Source: Podarcis erhardii
Taxonomy: Eukaryota
Strand: one strand, 5' to 3'
Assembly (NCBI GenBank): GCA_964252035.1
Contig: OZ176212.1
Length of the DNA stretch: 64,000 nt
This document shows positions 62,344 to 64,000 of the stretch, piece by piece (the first letter of the stretch is position 1; each line of letters opens with the position of its first letter). The notes under the pieces were generated by a model. That model was not told the DNA's origin. It was given only the letters and a program-made list of their open reading frames with translations, and ran no database searches. Position numbers and translations under genes: made by a program.

Positions 62344-64000
62344 GTAAATCCAATGCACCTTGTCTTTATGTGTGGGCAAATGAAATACAAGTTTGGAGTT
62401 AGATGGAAGTTACCTACCTTCTGTTGGTCCCCTTCTCAACTTATATTGCATTCTGACCCTTGCAGCGGCAGCCATCTCTTCAATATGTGAGTCCCCTGAA
62501 TCTTTACACACAGATGTCTCTGTGTAGCCCACAACTTTGTATAAAGATCTTTTGACTGGGGCACAAACCCAGCAGTAGCATTACAAGAAAACTGAAACAG
62601 CATCTCAAACTTCCTCCTGAAACTAGCCAGGAGGCAGGATGGAAAGTAGCTCCTGTGGCCAGGCACTCTATAAATGCCCCGGCTGCCACTTTGAGACTTC
62701 CATGGGCAGCACTGTAATTTCAGTTGCTTCAAAACTAAATTTCTGCTGCTGGGAATAAAAGGCCTATGACAGTGCCTACTGTGTTATCTTCTCCCTCTCT
62801 AGAACTCTGTCTTCTGTCCCAGATATCTTGCACTTCCCTGAGGGCCTTTTCTGTAGTTTGAGAACCACTGTACTACAAAGTAGTGAATGGGCTCAATCTT
62901 CTCCATTCCATGTTACATTACTTGCCAAAGTTCTGTTTTCTGGTTCCAACCTCACCATATCTCTGTTCAGAAAGAAGACGTTTCATCTTTCAGATCACCC
63001 TGTGCTCAAAGTGCATTTGTACAAACTAAGTAAGGGTTAGAAAGCACATGGAATCTGAGCAGATAGAGCAAATGGAGTATGTATGGAACACACTTACCAA
63101 GATTGGAGCTGGGGTGACATGTATTTAAAAGTCATATAGAATCACTGACTCACAGTGGTGAGGAAAAGTGCTATGTGCATGGTTAGATACAGCTGTGCTG
63201 TACCCAACCAACATGTGAAAGGAGAATAGACATGGTATACACACGTCACTTGGCAAATTCTTAAGCTAGGTTTATCTATGTCGACAACTTTCACTGCTAG
63301 AACACCTGCTGTGTTTGGAAGAGGCTTGTGCAGGGGGCTGAGAGACAATCTTCCTTCAGCCCAGGGGTGAAGAACCTTTTTTAGCTTGAGGATAACATTC
63401 CTTTCTGGGCCACATATCAGTGATAATCAGGGCCAGAGGCAAAAGTGAGCAGAGCAATGCATTTAAATGTTACCTTTGTGCAGGAGACTAGTTTTTATAC
63501 ACACTATCCTCCATCTAGGTAAGAAAGAGGCATTATCAATGGCCTTGGTGCCATGCAGGCCTTCCATCAGCTTTGGCGGGTGGCTCAGCTACGCCCTTAT
63601 CTGGACAAGGATAGCCTAACTTCTGATAACTTCTAGGGTTCCTGCAATGTGTTATATGTGGGGTTGCCTTTGGAAGCTGCAGCTGATTCAGCCAGATTGC
63701 TGATTGGAGGAAGATGGACTTAGCTCATTACACCAATTCTGACATGACTTCATTGGCCACCAATAAATTTCCCTGCTCAATTCAAAATGCTAATCTTGGC
63801 TGCTTCACTCCTCTCCCCAAGCACTGGGGAGAAAGAGACCGCAATCCTTGCCTTAGGAACTGACACCATTAGGCCCATACCTGGAGATTTCTGAGTTTGA
63901 ACTGGGGACCTTGTGCATGCAAAGCAGATGATCTGTCACTGATCTGTGGCCCTTCTCCTACATGAAGGCATGTTGGGGGCTAATGTGGGGAAGATAGTTG

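Noticed and set aside
62344-64000. Saitohin-like nested gene in intron 9
   Set aside because: STH is a primate-restricted ORF; nothing similar is visible and only 1.7 kb of the intron is in the window.

Overview
Vertebrate genomic DNA, very probably from a lacertid lizard (inferred from Sauria SINEs, Bov-B, lizard-type Tc1/mariner and hAT MITEs, and Penelope-like termini). The window holds the 5' part of the tau gene MAPT on the + strand: a CpG-island promoter with a putative non-coding exon 0 (~6.7-6.8 kb), then coding exons 1, 2, 3, 4, 4A, 5, 6, 7, 8 and 9. It ends in intron 9. The most unusual object is a young ~7 kb Ty3/gypsy chromovirus (Tf1/sushi-like, the lineage related to PEG10/RTL1), inserted antisense in intron 1, 447 bp from coding exon 1. 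It shows an exact 11-nt self-priming PBS, a PEG10-type G GGA AAC -1 frameshift with a predicted pseudoknot, a degenerate chromodomain followed by an acidic extension, and a 234-aa ORF that fills U3 and starts at an ATG inside the polypurine tract. A second PPT-bearing 3' segment sits upstream of the 5' LTR, suggesting a tandem remnant. Other points: a pogo/Tc2-like MITE carrying a 154-bp tandem array, a perfect 90-bp-arm palindrome from a Penelope-like terminus, and a big-tau exon 4A with a G8 run affecting acceptor choice. All calls were made by eye without database searches; family names rest on recalled sequence similarity.
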